Shown here: in pieces, positions 29,606-41,845 of the stretch
How the letters are laid out: every line of letters begins with the position of its first letter
How positions within the stretch are numbered: the stretch's first letter is position 1
Assembly (NCBI GenBank): GCA_945861645.1
Contig: CAMAVZ010000004.1
Location: 12,051 to 76,050 of the forward strand
Reading direction: 5' to 3'
Source: Opitutus sp. GAS368
Lineage (GTDB): Bacteria > Verrucomicrobiota > Verrucomicrobiia > Opitutales > Opitutaceae
Length of the DNA: 64,000 nt
Notes under the pieces: model-generated
Databases searched by the model: none
Seen by the model: the letters and a program-made list of their open reading frames with translations, nothing else
What the model was told of the DNA's origin: nothing
Translations under genes and position numbers: made by a program

Positions 29606-31288
29606 ATGTTCTACCCCCCATTGCTACTCAACAGCTCAAGTTCACGCAGAAATCTGCTTCACCACCTCGCTTGGCTGCGGGTCTTTATTTTTGCCGCCCT
29701 TGGTGGGGTGCTTAATTTTGCTTTCGCGGAGCCCACAAATACGGCCCCAGTGCCCGGTTTGGTTGGGCCGATCTTTAACCAAGATAGCACTGATTTCTTT
29801 TTTGAGCGTTCGCGCGAAGAAATAAGCGGAGAGTTAGTGGATGCTTACATCGACCAACTCGCGCAGGATGGGGTGCGGACCTTCATCTCCTGCGTCAACG
29901 CCATGCGTGCGAATTACGCAAGCCGGGTGTGGGAGTCGGACTGGACGGGGTACGATGAAGCGGGTCCCGACAATCAGCCCATTTTGCGCTATTTAGCCCC
30001 AGGGGCCATTGTCCCGACGCGCCGCCGGTTGGACTCCGCGAAACGCTTAGCGGATCTGGGCGTCAATTTTCATCAACGCGCCTTGGCTCGCTGTCGCCAA
30101 TTAGGAGTGGGGGCTTGGGTCAGCGTGCGGATGAATGACGTCCATGACTGCACCTTGGAAGACTCCCCGCTGTTGAGCAGTTTTTTCAAAGCACAGCGAG
30201 CGGCGGGTCAGTTGCGGGCGCCGCATCGCAACGCCTCGTGGCCTGATCGAGCGCTCGATTGGGAGCGGCCAGAAGTTCAGGAGCATTATTTCAAATTAGT
30301 CTGTGAACAATTAGAAACCCTCGATCTGGATGGGCTGGAATTAGATTGGATGCGCTTTGTTTATCATTTCCGGCCAGGGCATGAATTAGCCGGTGGGCGC
30401 AGCGTGACGGCTTGGCTGCAACGGGTGCGCGCCGAATGCGCTCGCGCGGCGGTGCGCCTTGGTCATCCCGTGCGTTTGAGTGTGCGCGTGCCCTCGCGGC
30501 CGGAGACCGCGCGGCGGTGCGGCCTCGACGCCGTGGCGTGGGCGCAGGCCGGTCTGATCGACTTAATCGTGGCGACACCTTTTTGGGCAACGGCGGAATT
30601 TGATCTGCCGATGCTCGAGTGGAAACGTTTGCTTGCGGGCACGGGGGTGTCGATCGCCGGCGGTTTGGAGATTCGCTACCAACCGGTCCCCAATGGCAAA
30701 GCCACTGCCATGACGCCAGAATTGGCGGCCGGCGCGGCGATGGCGTTGCTCCACAATGGGGGCGATTACGTTTATTTATTTAATTATTTTCCGGGTCGGC
30801 CTGGCTCCAATAAAGTCTGGTCGGGCGATTTGTATCGGACTTGGGGGGCGGAGCGCTACCGCGCATTCGTGCAGGCGCTGAGCACTAGCAAAAAACTTGA
30901 ACCACTCGCGCGCACGCATGCGGTGACGTATCGCGATATTCGTGCCCCCGGGGATCCGATTGAGTATACGTTACCTGGGACGGATCTGCGCAAAGATATG
31001 CCCTGGCCTTCTGGCTGTGCCATTCGCTTACCCACCGGCCCGCAGCCAGTCGGGCGCGCCGTTAAACTGATGATCGAATTTGCACCCGGGACCACGGCGC
31101 CGGAAAAATTAAATGTCTACGTGAATAGCGTGAAATTTACCGCGCAGCCCGGCCCCGCTGGTTTAGAATATAGCTATGTCATCCCGAGCCTGGCGATGCA
31201 GAATGAGGCGCAGGTTATCGAGATCACTGGCGACCAAGGGGCGCTATTCAGTGTGCTGCGCTTAGAAATGACGATCGCCGCGCCGTGA
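29606..31288 (+). CDS. Secreted glycoside-hydrolase-like TIM-barrel protein (GHL10-like)
   Basis: Signal peptide with SRRNLL, IFNQD, SVRMNDVH, DGLELDWMR, YLFNY, beta-rich C-terminal domain. Family assigned by eye. Confidence 0.65.
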   Translation: MFYPPLLLNSSSSRRNLLHHLAWLRVFIFAALGGVLNFAFAEPTNTAPVPGLVGPIFNQDSTDFFFERSREEISGELVDAYIDQLAQDGVRTFISCVNAMRANYASRVWESDWTGYDEAGPDNQPILRYLAPGAIVPTRRRLDSAKRLADLGVNFHQRALARCRQLGVGAWVSVRMNDVHDCTLEDSPLLSSFFKAQRAAGQLRAPHRNASWPDRALDWERPEVQEHYFKLVCEQLETLDLDGLELDWMRFVYHFRPGHELAGGRSVTAWLQRVRAECARAAVRLGHPVRLSVRVPSRPETARRCGLDAVAWAQAGLIDLIVATPFWATAEFDLPMLEWKRLLAGTGVSIAGGLEIRYQPVPNGKATAMTPELAAGAAMALLHNGGDYVYLFNYFPGRPGSNKVWSGDLYRTWGAERYRAFVQALSTSKKLEPLARTHAVTYRDIRAPGDPIEYTLPGTDLRKDMPWPSGCAIRLPTGPQPVGRAVKLMIEFAPGTTAPEKLNVYVNSVKFTAQPGPAGLEYSYVIPSLAMQNEAQVIEITGDQGALFSVLRLEMTIAAP

Positions 31289-31343
31289 GTCTCACAAATG
31301 GTTTTGGTTGCGAGGGCTTTCGTGTATAACTCGAACTTACCAT

Positions 31344-31922
31344 ATGGCGCGAACTTCGGTCCGACAACTTTGGCAGGCAAAACTCGAAGGTAAAATTGCG
31401 CCGGCCGCTTGGCCAGTGGCGCCGATGCTGACGCGCTCCTCTTTTCATGGGCGCGTCCTCGGCATCGATCCCAGCTTGCGCGGTACCGGGTTAGCCTTGT
31501 TGGAGTTTAGTCCGGGTCGTTCCCCGGTGATGTTGCGCTGTCAAACGGTTAAGCTGCCCGCGAAGCATTCGATGGCGCAATGTTTGGGGGAGATTCATCG
31601 GGCGGTGGCGCTTTTTGTGGCCGACTTTGATCCTAGGCATGTGGCGCTTGAGCAGACGATCTACGTGCAAAATTTTCAGACCGCCCAAATTTTAGGGGCC
31701 GCGCGCGGGGCGGCAATTTCGGCCGCGGCGTTGCGCGAAAAAGAAATTTTTGAATATGCCCCGTTGCGCGTTAAACAGGCTGTCACGGGAATGGGCCGCG
31801 CGAGTAAGGAGCAGATGGCGCGGACCGTGATGGCGATGCTGGGGCATGGTCGCACGCTCGCTTTCGATGAAGCCGATGCCGCCGGGGTGGCCCTGTGCCA
31901 CGCATTTACTTGGCGGGCTTAA
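31344..31922 (+). CDS. ruvC: Holliday junction resolvase RuvC
   Basis: LGIDPS, ALEQ, GAARG, YAP..VK..V.G.GRA.KEQ, DEADA. Has an N-terminal extension of about 35 aa. Confidence 0.93.
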   Translation: MARTSVRQLWQAKLEGKIAPAAWPVAPMLTRSSFHGRVLGIDPSLRGTGLALLEFSPGRSPVMLRCQTVKLPAKHSMAQCLGEIHRAVALFVADFDPRHVALEQTIYVQNFQTAQILGAARGAAISAAALREKEIFEYAPLRVKQAVTGMGRASKEQMARTVMAMLGHGRTLAFDEADAAGVALCHAFTWRA

Positions 31923-31940
31923 TGTGCTCGGCGTCTGGCG

Positions 31941-34613
31941 TCACTTGCCGAGGACGGAGCGTAGGCTTTTTCCGAGGTCACCGACTCGGTAGGGCTTGGT
32001 TAAGTAGTCGCAGAAGCCTAAGTCGAGATACTGGCGGCGCATGTCATCATTGTCGTACCCGCTGGTCACAATGGCACAAACTTGGGGGTCGAGTTCGCGC
32101 AGCAGTTTGAAGGTCTCTTCTCCGCCCATCCCTCCGATGATCGTGAGGTCCATGATGACGGTGTCGTACGGCCGGCCGATATTGAGATAGCGCTTATAGA
32201 ATTGGATGGCTTCCTCGCCGTTTTTGGCGAGGTCAGTTTTGTAGCCGAGACTCCCGAGCATCTCACTGGTTAGTGCACAAATCTGGGGATCATCATCCAT
32301 GAAAAGAATGCGGCCGGTGCCAAAGCGCAGACTTGGCGCGCGGCGCGCTTCAATTTCCTCTGGTTTATCCGCTTGGGGTAGGTAGACGGTGAAGGCCGTA
32401 CCGACGCCCACATCTGATTGGACGCTGATTTGCCCATTGTGCTGCTTGATATTGGCCAAAACTGTCGCAAGCCCGAGGCCTGTGCCCGTTTTTTTGGTCG
32501 TAAAAAAAGCGTCGTAAATATTAGCGAAATGCTCGGGCTTGATGCCGCCGCCATTGTCGCGCACTTCTATCGCCACGTAAGTATCGGCCGGCAGCGGCGG
32601 GACTTCGCCTGCCGCCAGTTTGACGTTTTTGGCCCTGATCCAAATGCCGCCGCGGCCCGTGGTCATGGACTGGATCGCGTTGATAATTAAATTTTGAAAA
32701 ACCTGCAGGATTTGTCCGCGATCAACGCAAATGGCACTGAGGTCGGGTTCCACCTGCAGATCGAAGTGCACGGTTGAACCGACCGCCGCGAGGCGGATGC
32801 TATCCTGCAGGAGATCAGCGGGCTTGATTACTTGGCGCACGGTGGTCCCGCCTTTAGCAAAAGTGAGAAGTTGCTTACTGAGACTTTTTGCCGCCAGGCA
32901 AGCGCGCTCACTATTTTCCAGGCCGGCGGGGTCCCGCGCATCCTTGGCCATGGAAATTCCGCCCAGAATAGTGGTGAGTAAATTATTAAAGTCGTGCGCG
33001 ATGCCCCCTGCGAGTTGACCGAGTGATTCAAAGCGGTTGGCGCGTACGAGTTCTTCCGGGGTCAGGGTCATCTCGTCGGGGTTGCGGAAAACGACGACCG
33101 TCCCGATCGCGCGGCCCACTTCATTAATCACGGCGCGGGTACTGAAGGCGATCGGTACGGCTGGAGCGGCGCCGCGGTCAAGGGAGAATTCAGTGTTGAG
33201 GGTGGTGGCTTCGCCGCTGGTGAGCGCTTTCGCAATGGGGCTTTCCCCGGATTGCCCGCTGAGACGATGGGTTAGGCGAAAAAATTCACCCGCGGGTTGT
33301 CCGATAATTTCTTCGGCGGTGCCGCCGAGAAATTTTTCCGCTTGGGCATTGATGAAAATAACTCGCCCAGTGGCATCAGTCAGCAGCACAGCTTCCTGCA
33401 TTTCGCCTAAGAGGGTCGCGAGATGGGCGGCGGGTAGTTCTGGGCTGGGCTCAGTCGACCGCGCAGTCGGGGTGGACCCTTCTGGCATAGGCGCAATGAA
33501 GCCCAGCACGCGCTGGAGTTCCTTCCGGCGTGAGATGTGCCGAACGATGCCCGCGTGGACTAAGAGCTCTCGCCCATCGTGGTGGCGCAGCCGCAAATTA
33601 TCAAAATAGGCTATCTGATTCGGATGCTGGGCGAGAAAATAGGCGGGCAGTCCCCCCGCGGTTTCGTCCATGGGGAGCGTGCGCAAAAAAGATTCGAGCG
33701 AATCAGGTAGCTCATGCTCCGCATAACCGAGTTGAGCGCGAAAACCGGCGGAGAGCCAGGCGAGCCCTTGAGAAAAATTAAGGTCAAACACGCCGAGGCG
33801 TCCGCGGTCGGCAATTTCGAGCAACCGTTCTTCCGCCCGGAGAGTGGTTTCTTCTACTTCCTTCCGCTCGCTGATATCGAGATGCGCGCCGATCACACGC
33901 TGCAACGCGCCATTCGGTCCGTAAATCTGCATGCCGACGCTTTGCAGCCACACGTAGTAACCCGACGCATGCTTCATGCGAAATTCGAGGGCGAATTGCC
34001 GCGAGCCGGTGGCGCCGCCTCGACCTTGCCGGTCGGGCGCCGCGGCGGAGTCATCGGGGTGAATCAGGGTTAGCCAAGTTTCGTAGGTGTTGGGCAGCGC
34101 CGCGTCGGTGTAGCCCAGTAACCGTTTCCAAGTGGGCGAATAATAAACCTCTTGCTTGAGGAAATTGAGATCAAAGAAACCCAGCGGGCTGCGCTCATTG
34201 AGTTGCGCGAGAAAATTATCGGGCACCGGGGCCGGCGTGACCACGATCGGCCGCGGGGGAGCCGTGATCGCCAGGCGGTTTAGCAGCGCGAGATAGCGCC
34301 CCGGCTCATCACTAATTTTTTCGAGGCGCAACCAGACGGCAAAAGCGGGGGTCTCGGTCGGTTGGATTTTCAGTTCGAGGGTTTGGGCCTGCGCGGCGGC
34401 CAGCACCACTTCCCATCGTAAGGCGATCCAGTCCGCTTCTTGGGCAGTCAGGTCAAAGCTGAAAAGCGTGGGCAGGAACGCATTGACCAGCGGGGTAGCC
34501 GTGCCGGCCCAAAGTTCTCGAGCCGGCGCATTAGCAATCTCCACGCGTCCATCAGCCGCGAGCACCAGCACCGCGGTGGCTAGTTCAGCGGTCGTGGGGC
34601 GATGAGTGAGCAT
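31941..34613 (-). CDS. Soluble multi-PAS hybrid histidine kinase/receiver (CckA-like)
   Basis: Several PAS repeats (IHPDD), LAGGIAHDFNN H-box, NLIINA, DNGGG, FTTK, GTGLGL, receiver FMDDD/IMD/KP. No TM segment. Confidence 0.93.
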   Translation of the reverse strand: MLTHRPTTAELATAVLVLAADGRVEIANAPARELWAGTATPLVNAFLPTLFSFDLTAQEADWIALRWEVVLAAAQAQTLELKIQPTETPAFAVWLRLEKISDEPGRYLALLNRLAITAPPRPIVVTPAPVPDNFLAQLNERSPLGFFDLNFLKQEVYYSPTWKRLLGYTDAALPNTYETWLTLIHPDDSAAAPDRQGRGGATGSRQFALEFRMKHASGYYVWLQSVGMQIYGPNGALQRVIGAHLDISERKEVEETTLRAEERLLEIADRGRLGVFDLNFSQGLAWLSAGFRAQLGYAEHELPDSLESFLRTLPMDETAGGLPAYFLAQHPNQIAYFDNLRLRHHDGRELLVHAGIVRHISRRKELQRVLGFIAPMPEGSTPTARSTEPSPELPAAHLATLLGEMQEAVLLTDATGRVIFINAQAEKFLGGTAEEIIGQPAGEFFRLTHRLSGQSGESPIAKALTSGEATTLNTEFSLDRGAAPAVPIAFSTRAVINEVGRAIGTVVVFRNPDEMTLTPEELVRANRFESLGQLAGGIAHDFNNLLTTILGGISMAKDARDPAGLENSERACLAAKSLSKQLLTFAKGGTTVRQVIKPADLLQDSIRLAAVGSTVHFDLQVEPDLSAICVDRGQILQVFQNLIINAIQSMTTGRGGIWIRAKNVKLAAGEVPPLPADTYVAIEVRDNGGGIKPEHFANIYDAFFTTKKTGTGLGLATVLANIKQHNGQISVQSDVGVGTAFTVYLPQADKPEEIEARRAPSLRFGTGRILFMDDDPQICALTSEMLGSLGYKTDLAKNGEEAIQFYKRYLNIGRPYDTVIMDLTIIGGMGGEETFKLLRELDPQVCAIVTSGYDNDDMRRQYLDLGFCDYLTKPYRVGDLGKSLRSVLGK

Positions 34614-34627
34614 GGACTGGCCGAGCG

Positions 34628-35689
34628 TTAGACCGAGCGCGGCGCCAGCTGGGCGGCGCTCAGCGGTTGGCCTTGGGCCCAGCGGCTCACCCGTTGCTCG
34701 AGAAAATCAATCCAAACCGTCTGGTCATTGAGGCAGGGAATATGCTGAAAAGATTCGCCGCCGGCTGCCTTGAAATCTTCGGCGCCCTCCATGCGGATTT
34801 CTTCGAGCGTCTCCAGACAATCGGTCACAAATGCGGGCGTAATAACGATCAGACGTTTTTTCCCCTCGCGCGGCAGGCGTTCGAATTCAAAATCCGTGTA
34901 CGGCGAAATCCAGGGCTCGCCCGCGATGCGTGATTGAAAGGAGATCGACCATTTTTTGGCATCGAGCCCGGCGCGGCGCACAAATTCGTGGGTCGTGCGG
35001 GTGACTTGCGCTTTGTAGCAGGTGGCGTGGGCGGGACTGCAGGTGGTGCAACAGTCGGGCACGATTTGACAATGGGCGTGCGAGGAGTCGGCCTTCGTCA
35101 GGTGACGGACAGGAATCCCGTGGTAGCTGAAAAGCAGATGGTCGTGCGGCTGGCTAAAATAAGGGCGGGCACTTTCGACTAGCGCGTGAATGTAATCCTC
35201 GTCCGCGTAGTAGGGGAGCACGGACTCTATTTTCATCGTCGGGGCGATTTTAGCTGCTTCGCGGTATACTTTGGCGACGACCGTTTCCCAGCTCGACATC
35301 GCATAATGCGGGTACTGGGGAAAGAGCAGGAGTCGATCTACGCCTTGCGCCGCTAGGCGGGTCAGGGCTTCCGCGATCGAGGGGCGGGCATAGTTCATCG
35401 CCAGTTCAATCGGTAGATCGACCCGCGCTTGGAGCTTGGCCTGCGCGTGCTGACTCGTGACGACTAACGGAGAGCCGGCGTCGGTCCAGACTTGCTCATA
35501 AGCATGCGCCGATTTTTTAGCGCGGAACGGAATGATGATGCCATTGACCAGCAGCCAACGTCCAGGCTGGGGGGGGCGATCAATGACGCGCTCATCGCCG
35601 AGAAATTCCCGAAGGTAGCGCTTCACATCTGGGATGGAAGTGGAATCAGGAGACCCGAGGTTGAGCAGGAGGACGGCCGGCTTGGACAT
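34628..35689 (-). CDS. hemH: Ferrochelatase
   Basis: LLLNLGSP, PQYPHYA, FSYHGIP, FQSR, DCLETLEEI, PCLN. ATG at 35689. Confidence 0.95.
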   Translation of the reverse strand: MSKPAVLLLNLGSPDSTSIPDVKRYLREFLGDERVIDRPPQPGRWLLVNGIIIPFRAKKSAHAYEQVWTDAGSPLVVTSQHAQAKLQARVDLPIELAMNYARPSIAEALTRLAAQGVDRLLLFPQYPHYAMSSWETVVAKVYREAAKIAPTMKIESVLPYYADEDYIHALVESARPYFSQPHDHLLFSYHGIPVRHLTKADSSHAHCQIVPDCCTTCSPAHATCYKAQVTRTTHEFVRRAGLDAKKWSISFQSRIAGEPWISPYTDFEFERLPREGKKRLIVITPAFVTDCLETLEEIRMEGAEDFKAAGGESFQHIPCLNDQTVWIDFLEQRVSRWAQGQPLSAAQLAPRSV

Positions 35690-35780
35690 GGTGCTTAAAG
35701 GGTAGTTTTCGTGCCGAATGTCAATCGGTGGAGTAGCATTTTTGATTGCTCGAAGTGAAAGTAAATCGGACAACAACGCC

Positions 35781-37373
35781 ATGACTGCGTTGCGTCCACC
35801 TGTCTTGCTGATTATCCGCGATGGCTGGGGCCAAAACCCTCAGCCTGAGCAAAATAAATTTAATGCAGTGCATTTGGCCCAGAAACCCTGCGATGACCAG
35901 CTGCACGCCCGCTATCCTCGTACCTTAGTGGCGGCGAGTGGATTGGATGTAGGCTTGCCTGACGGCCAAATGGGCAATTCGGAAGTGGGGCATGAAAACA
36001 TCGGCGCTGGGCGCATCGTCGATCAGGAACTAGTGCGGCTGAATAAATTATTTTCCGAGCAGCAACTCGCGTCCAATCCCGTCTGGCGCGCCGCCGTCGC
36101 ACGGGTGCAAGCCACGCCCTTGGCGAAACTCCACTTAATGGGCCTCGTTTCTGATGGTGGTGTCCACGGCATGCTGGAGCATCTCTACGGGATTTTGCGT
36201 CGGGCGAAAGCGGATGGGCTGACGTCAGCCCAGGTGTTTATTCATGCTTTTACCGATGGCCGCGATACGCCGCCGCAGAGTGGGCTCGGCTATATTCAGC
36301 AGCTGGAAGTTAAATTGCGGGAGATCGGCCTCGGGCAGATCGCGACAGTTTGCGGCCGCTTCTGGGCCATGGATCGCGACAACCGCTGGGAGCGCGTGCA
36401 AAAAGCTTATGATCTGCTGACTGGGCGTCAGGCGATGGCGACGGCCCGCAGCGCGGAAGCGGCCATTGCTAATTATTACGCGCAGCCACTCAGTCCGACG
36501 CAGCAAGGCGATGAATTTGTGCCCGCCACATGGCTGGTGGACGCCGCCGGCCGACCGCTCGCCACCATCGGCGATGGTGATGCGGTGCTTTTTTATAATT
36601 ACCGCGGGGATCGTCCGCGGGAAATCACGAAGGCTTTTGTCCTCGATAATTTTAAAGCATTTTCCCGGGGTAAGAAGCTCGATCTCTATTACGCCACAAT
36701 GACCGAGTATGAGGCTGGCTTGCCGGTTCACGTGATCGCGGGTAAGCCGGCCGCTTTAAAAAATATTCTAGGACAAGTCGTGAGTGACGCGGGCATCGGG
36801 CAATTTCGCTGCGCGGAGACCGAGAAGAATCCGCACGTTACTTTTTTCTTTAACAACTACCGCGGCCCGCCGTTCCCGGGCGAGGATCGCGCTGGTCCGG
36901 CCAGTCCCAAGGTGCCGACTTATGATCTGCAGCCTGAAATGTCTGCGGCCGAGGTGACCGCCGCCGCCGAAGCAGCGATCCTTTCTGGTCAGTATGGTCT
37001 CATTGTCGTGAATTACGCTAATCCGGACATGGTCGGCCACACCGGTTCGCTGCCCGCGGCGATCAAGGCCTGTGAAGCGACTGATCGTGGGGTGGGGACC
37101 TTGCTTACCGCACTGGCTAAGATGAAGGGCCAAGCGGTGATTCTGGCCGATCACGGCAATGCTGAGCAGATGTGGGACCCTGTTAATAACGGACCCCATA
37201 CTGCGCACACGCTCAACTTGGTTGAAGTTTTCGTCGTCGGCGCAGGGTTTGTCGCCGGTCAGACTAAGATGCGCGCCGGCGGTCGCCTAGCCGACATCGC
37301 GCCCACGGTTCTCCATCTCATGGGGTTGCCCCAACCGATTGAGATGACTGGTCAGAATTTGATTTTAGGTTGA
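35781..37373 (+). CDS. gpmI: 2,3-bisphosphoglycerate-independent phosphoglycerate mutase
   Basis: IRDGWG, MGNSEVGH, DGRD, AMDRD, AETEK, NPDMVGH, ADHGNAE. Confidence 0.96.
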   Translation: MTALRPPVLLIIRDGWGQNPQPEQNKFNAVHLAQKPCDDQLHARYPRTLVAASGLDVGLPDGQMGNSEVGHENIGAGRIVDQELVRLNKLFSEQQLASNPVWRAAVARVQATPLAKLHLMGLVSDGGVHGMLEHLYGILRRAKADGLTSAQVFIHAFTDGRDTPPQSGLGYIQQLEVKLREIGLGQIATVCGRFWAMDRDNRWERVQKAYDLLTGRQAMATARSAEAAIANYYAQPLSPTQQGDEFVPATWLVDAAGRPLATIGDGDAVLFYNYRGDRPREITKAFVLDNFKAFSRGKKLDLYYATMTEYEAGLPVHVIAGKPAALKNILGQVVSDAGIGQFRCAETEKNPHVTFFFNNYRGPPFPGEDRAGPASPKVPTYDLQPEMSAAEVTAAAEAAILSGQYGLIVVNYANPDMVGHTGSLPAAIKACEATDRGVGTLLTALAKMKGQAVILADHGNAEQMWDPVNNGPHTAHTLNLVEVFVVGAGFVAGQTKMRAGGRLADIAPTVLHLMGLPQPIEMTGQNLILG

Positions 37374-37527
37374 TAGGCACAGGGGCTGGGTGGCCCAATT
37401 TTTTTCGGGCGGGCCACCGCTGTTATCCGCTGGGGCGCATAATAAGGGCGTGCCGTCTCGTGTCATAGGGGGTTAAATTCTGATTGCCCCGATTGGGGCC
37501 GGGCCGTTTGTTTGCGTGTTCTGCACT

Positions 37528-39698
<2,171 letters not shown>

Positions 39699-39726
39699 GC
39701 TCCACCAGCCTGTGCTCGCGGCGATC

Positions 39727-39756
39727 GCCGGTCACTCAATGAGGGCCGGCTTTTTT
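39727..39756 (+). terminator. Intrinsic terminator after P-II copy 1
   Basis: GCCGG...CCGGC followed by T6. Confidence 0.8.
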
Positions 39757-39901
39757 GTGCCCCGTTAGCTGCCCTGCATTGGGCCCGAGCGATCAGTCGC
39801 TTTTGGTGCCGCGGTCGGGGCCTGCTCCGATGCCTTTAGCTAAAGCCTTGGTGCCATGGGGCCGGGAAAAAATAACGGCTACCGCATATATTTTTTATGC
39901 A

Positions 39902-39917
39902 TGGCATCATAGTTGCT
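39902..39917 (+). promoter_or_regulatory. Sigma54 (-24/-12) promoter of amtB-glnK
   Basis: TGGCATCATAGTTGCT = GG-N10-GC, 22 nt before the amtB ATG. AT-rich tract and TTGGTGCC half-sites upstream (39803, 39848). Confidence 0.75.
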
Positions 39918-39939
39918 TAAGAGAAGATGAGCACACTCT

Positions 39940-41391
39940 ATGAAAATAAAATTATCTCGCTTACTCCGTTTCGCCACCTTTGCGGGTCTGGCGTTGCTAG
40001 CGACCCAGACCGCGTTGGCACAAACTAACGTCGTGGCTCCCGCAGCTCCGACTTCTGATGAGCGCATCGCTGCGCTGGAGGCCTATATTAACAATACTGA
40101 TCCGGGCAAATCACTCACCGGCGTAGCTGGTCCGGGTCACAATGCGTGGATGATGACGAGCGCCGCGTTGGTGCTCTTCATGACTCTGCCCGGTTTGGCG
40201 CTGTTCTATGGCGGGTTAGTCCGCACTAAAAATGTGCTTTCCGTCATGGCGCAATGCTTGGGCATCGCCGGTCTGGTTACCATCTTGTGGTGGGCCTTCG
40301 GTTACAGTCTCGTCTTCGGGAAAAATTTCGGGAGCCCATTTCTGGGCGGCTCAGAATTTTTCTTTTTTAAGGGCGTCGAGAGCGCGACGAATACCGATTA
40401 TGCTTATTGGGTCTCGCATAATGTTTTCGCGATTTACCAACTCATGTTCGCGATCATTACCCCGGCCCTCATCGTCGGCGCCATCGCGGAGCGCCTGAAA
40501 TTTTCTGCACTCATGATTTTTGTCACGGTCTGGATGTTCGTGGTCTATTTCCCGCTCGCGCACATGATCTGGGGCGTCACGGGTTATATGAACGGTGTCT
40601 GGAATGCGGGGGCCGCGATTAAGGCCATCGATTTTGCCGGCGGCACGGTGGTGCACATGTCTTCAGGGTGGTCGGCCTTGATTCTTTGCTTAATTTTAGG
40701 GCCCCGGCTGGGTTTTGGAAAAACTCCGATGCCGCCACATAGCTTGGTGCTGTGCATGGTGGGCACTGGCATGCTCTGGGTGGGTTGGTATGGCTTTAAT
40801 GCTGGTTCGGCCGCCGCCGCCGACGGCGTGGCGGCGAATGCCTTCACCACAACGACGCTCGCGACCGCCGTGGCCTCGTTCACGTGGGCGACCCTCGAAT
40901 ATTTTACCCGCGGCAAAGCGAGTGTTCTCGGCTTTTGCTCCGGGGCGGTCGCTGGGTTGGTGGTGGTGACCCCGGCGTGCGGTTTCATCACCAGCACCTC
41001 TTCGGTTTGGGTCGGCCTGCTGGCTGGTGCGATTCCGTTTCTCGCCTGTACTAAATTGAAAGGCTGGCTCAAATATGATGATGCGTTGGATACCTTCGGC
41101 GTGCACGCCGTCGGCGGCACCTTGGGGGCTTTGCTCACCGGCATTTTCGCCACCGCTTCGGTTAATGGTAACCTCACTACGAATCTCAAGGATATCGTCG
41201 GCCACTCCCTCTGGTTGGAGCAGCTGAAGGCCATGGGGCTGACGGTTATTCTTTCGGTGGTTTCAACGGTGATCATTGCGTACGTGATCAAAGCCACGAT
41301 CGGTCTGCGCCCTGACCTCGAGGATGAGCAAACGGGCCTCGATCTTACTGATCACGGCGAGGAAGGCTACATCTACGAAGCCAAATCATAA
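39940..41391 (+). CDS. amtB: Ammonium transporter
   Basis: Signal peptide, LFMT.PGLALFYGG, FAIIT, DFAGGTVVH, GWYGFNAGS, DDALD..GVH. Confidence 0.97.
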   Translation: MKIKLSRLLRFATFAGLALLATQTALAQTNVVAPAAPTSDERIAALEAYINNTDPGKSLTGVAGPGHNAWMMTSAALVLFMTLPGLALFYGGLVRTKNVLSVMAQCLGIAGLVTILWWAFGYSLVFGKNFGSPFLGGSEFFFFKGVESATNTDYAYWVSHNVFAIYQLMFAIITPALIVGAIAERLKFSALMIFVTVWMFVVYFPLAHMIWGVTGYMNGVWNAGAAIKAIDFAGGTVVHMSSGWSALILCLILGPRLGFGKTPMPPHSLVLCMVGTGMLWVGWYGFNAGSAAAADGVAANAFTTTTLATAVASFTWATLEYFTRGKASVLGFCSGAVAGLVVVTPACGFITSTSSVWVGLLAGAIPFLACTKLKGWLKYDDALDTFGVHAVGGTLGALLTGIFATASVNGNLTTNLKDIVGHSLWLEQLKAMGLTVILSVVSTVIIAYVIKATIGLRPDLEDEQTGLDLTDHGEEGYIYEAKS

Positions 41392-41399
41392 GCCCTTAA

Positions 41400-41750
<351 letters not shown>

Positions 41751-41773
41751 TTTTTGGGGGTAGTAGCCAACTC

Positions 41774-41803
41774 AGCCGGTCTCCGCAGGGAGGCCGGCTT
41801 TTT
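41774..41803 (+). terminator. Intrinsic terminator after glnK
   Basis: AGCCGGTCTCC-gcag-GGAGGCCGGCT followed by T-tract. Confidence 0.85.
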
Positions 41804-41845
41804 CTTTGATAAATGCCGCGCGCTGCCCATGATGAACTCCTCGTA

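Noticed and set aside
37432-37460. dif-like site (GGGGCGCATAA resembles a XerC arm)
   Set aside because: No XerD arm after the 6-bp spacer.
41751-41845. Co-transcription of the Hyp genes from the amtB sigma54 promoter
   Set aside because: A strong intrinsic terminator lies at 41774-41803.
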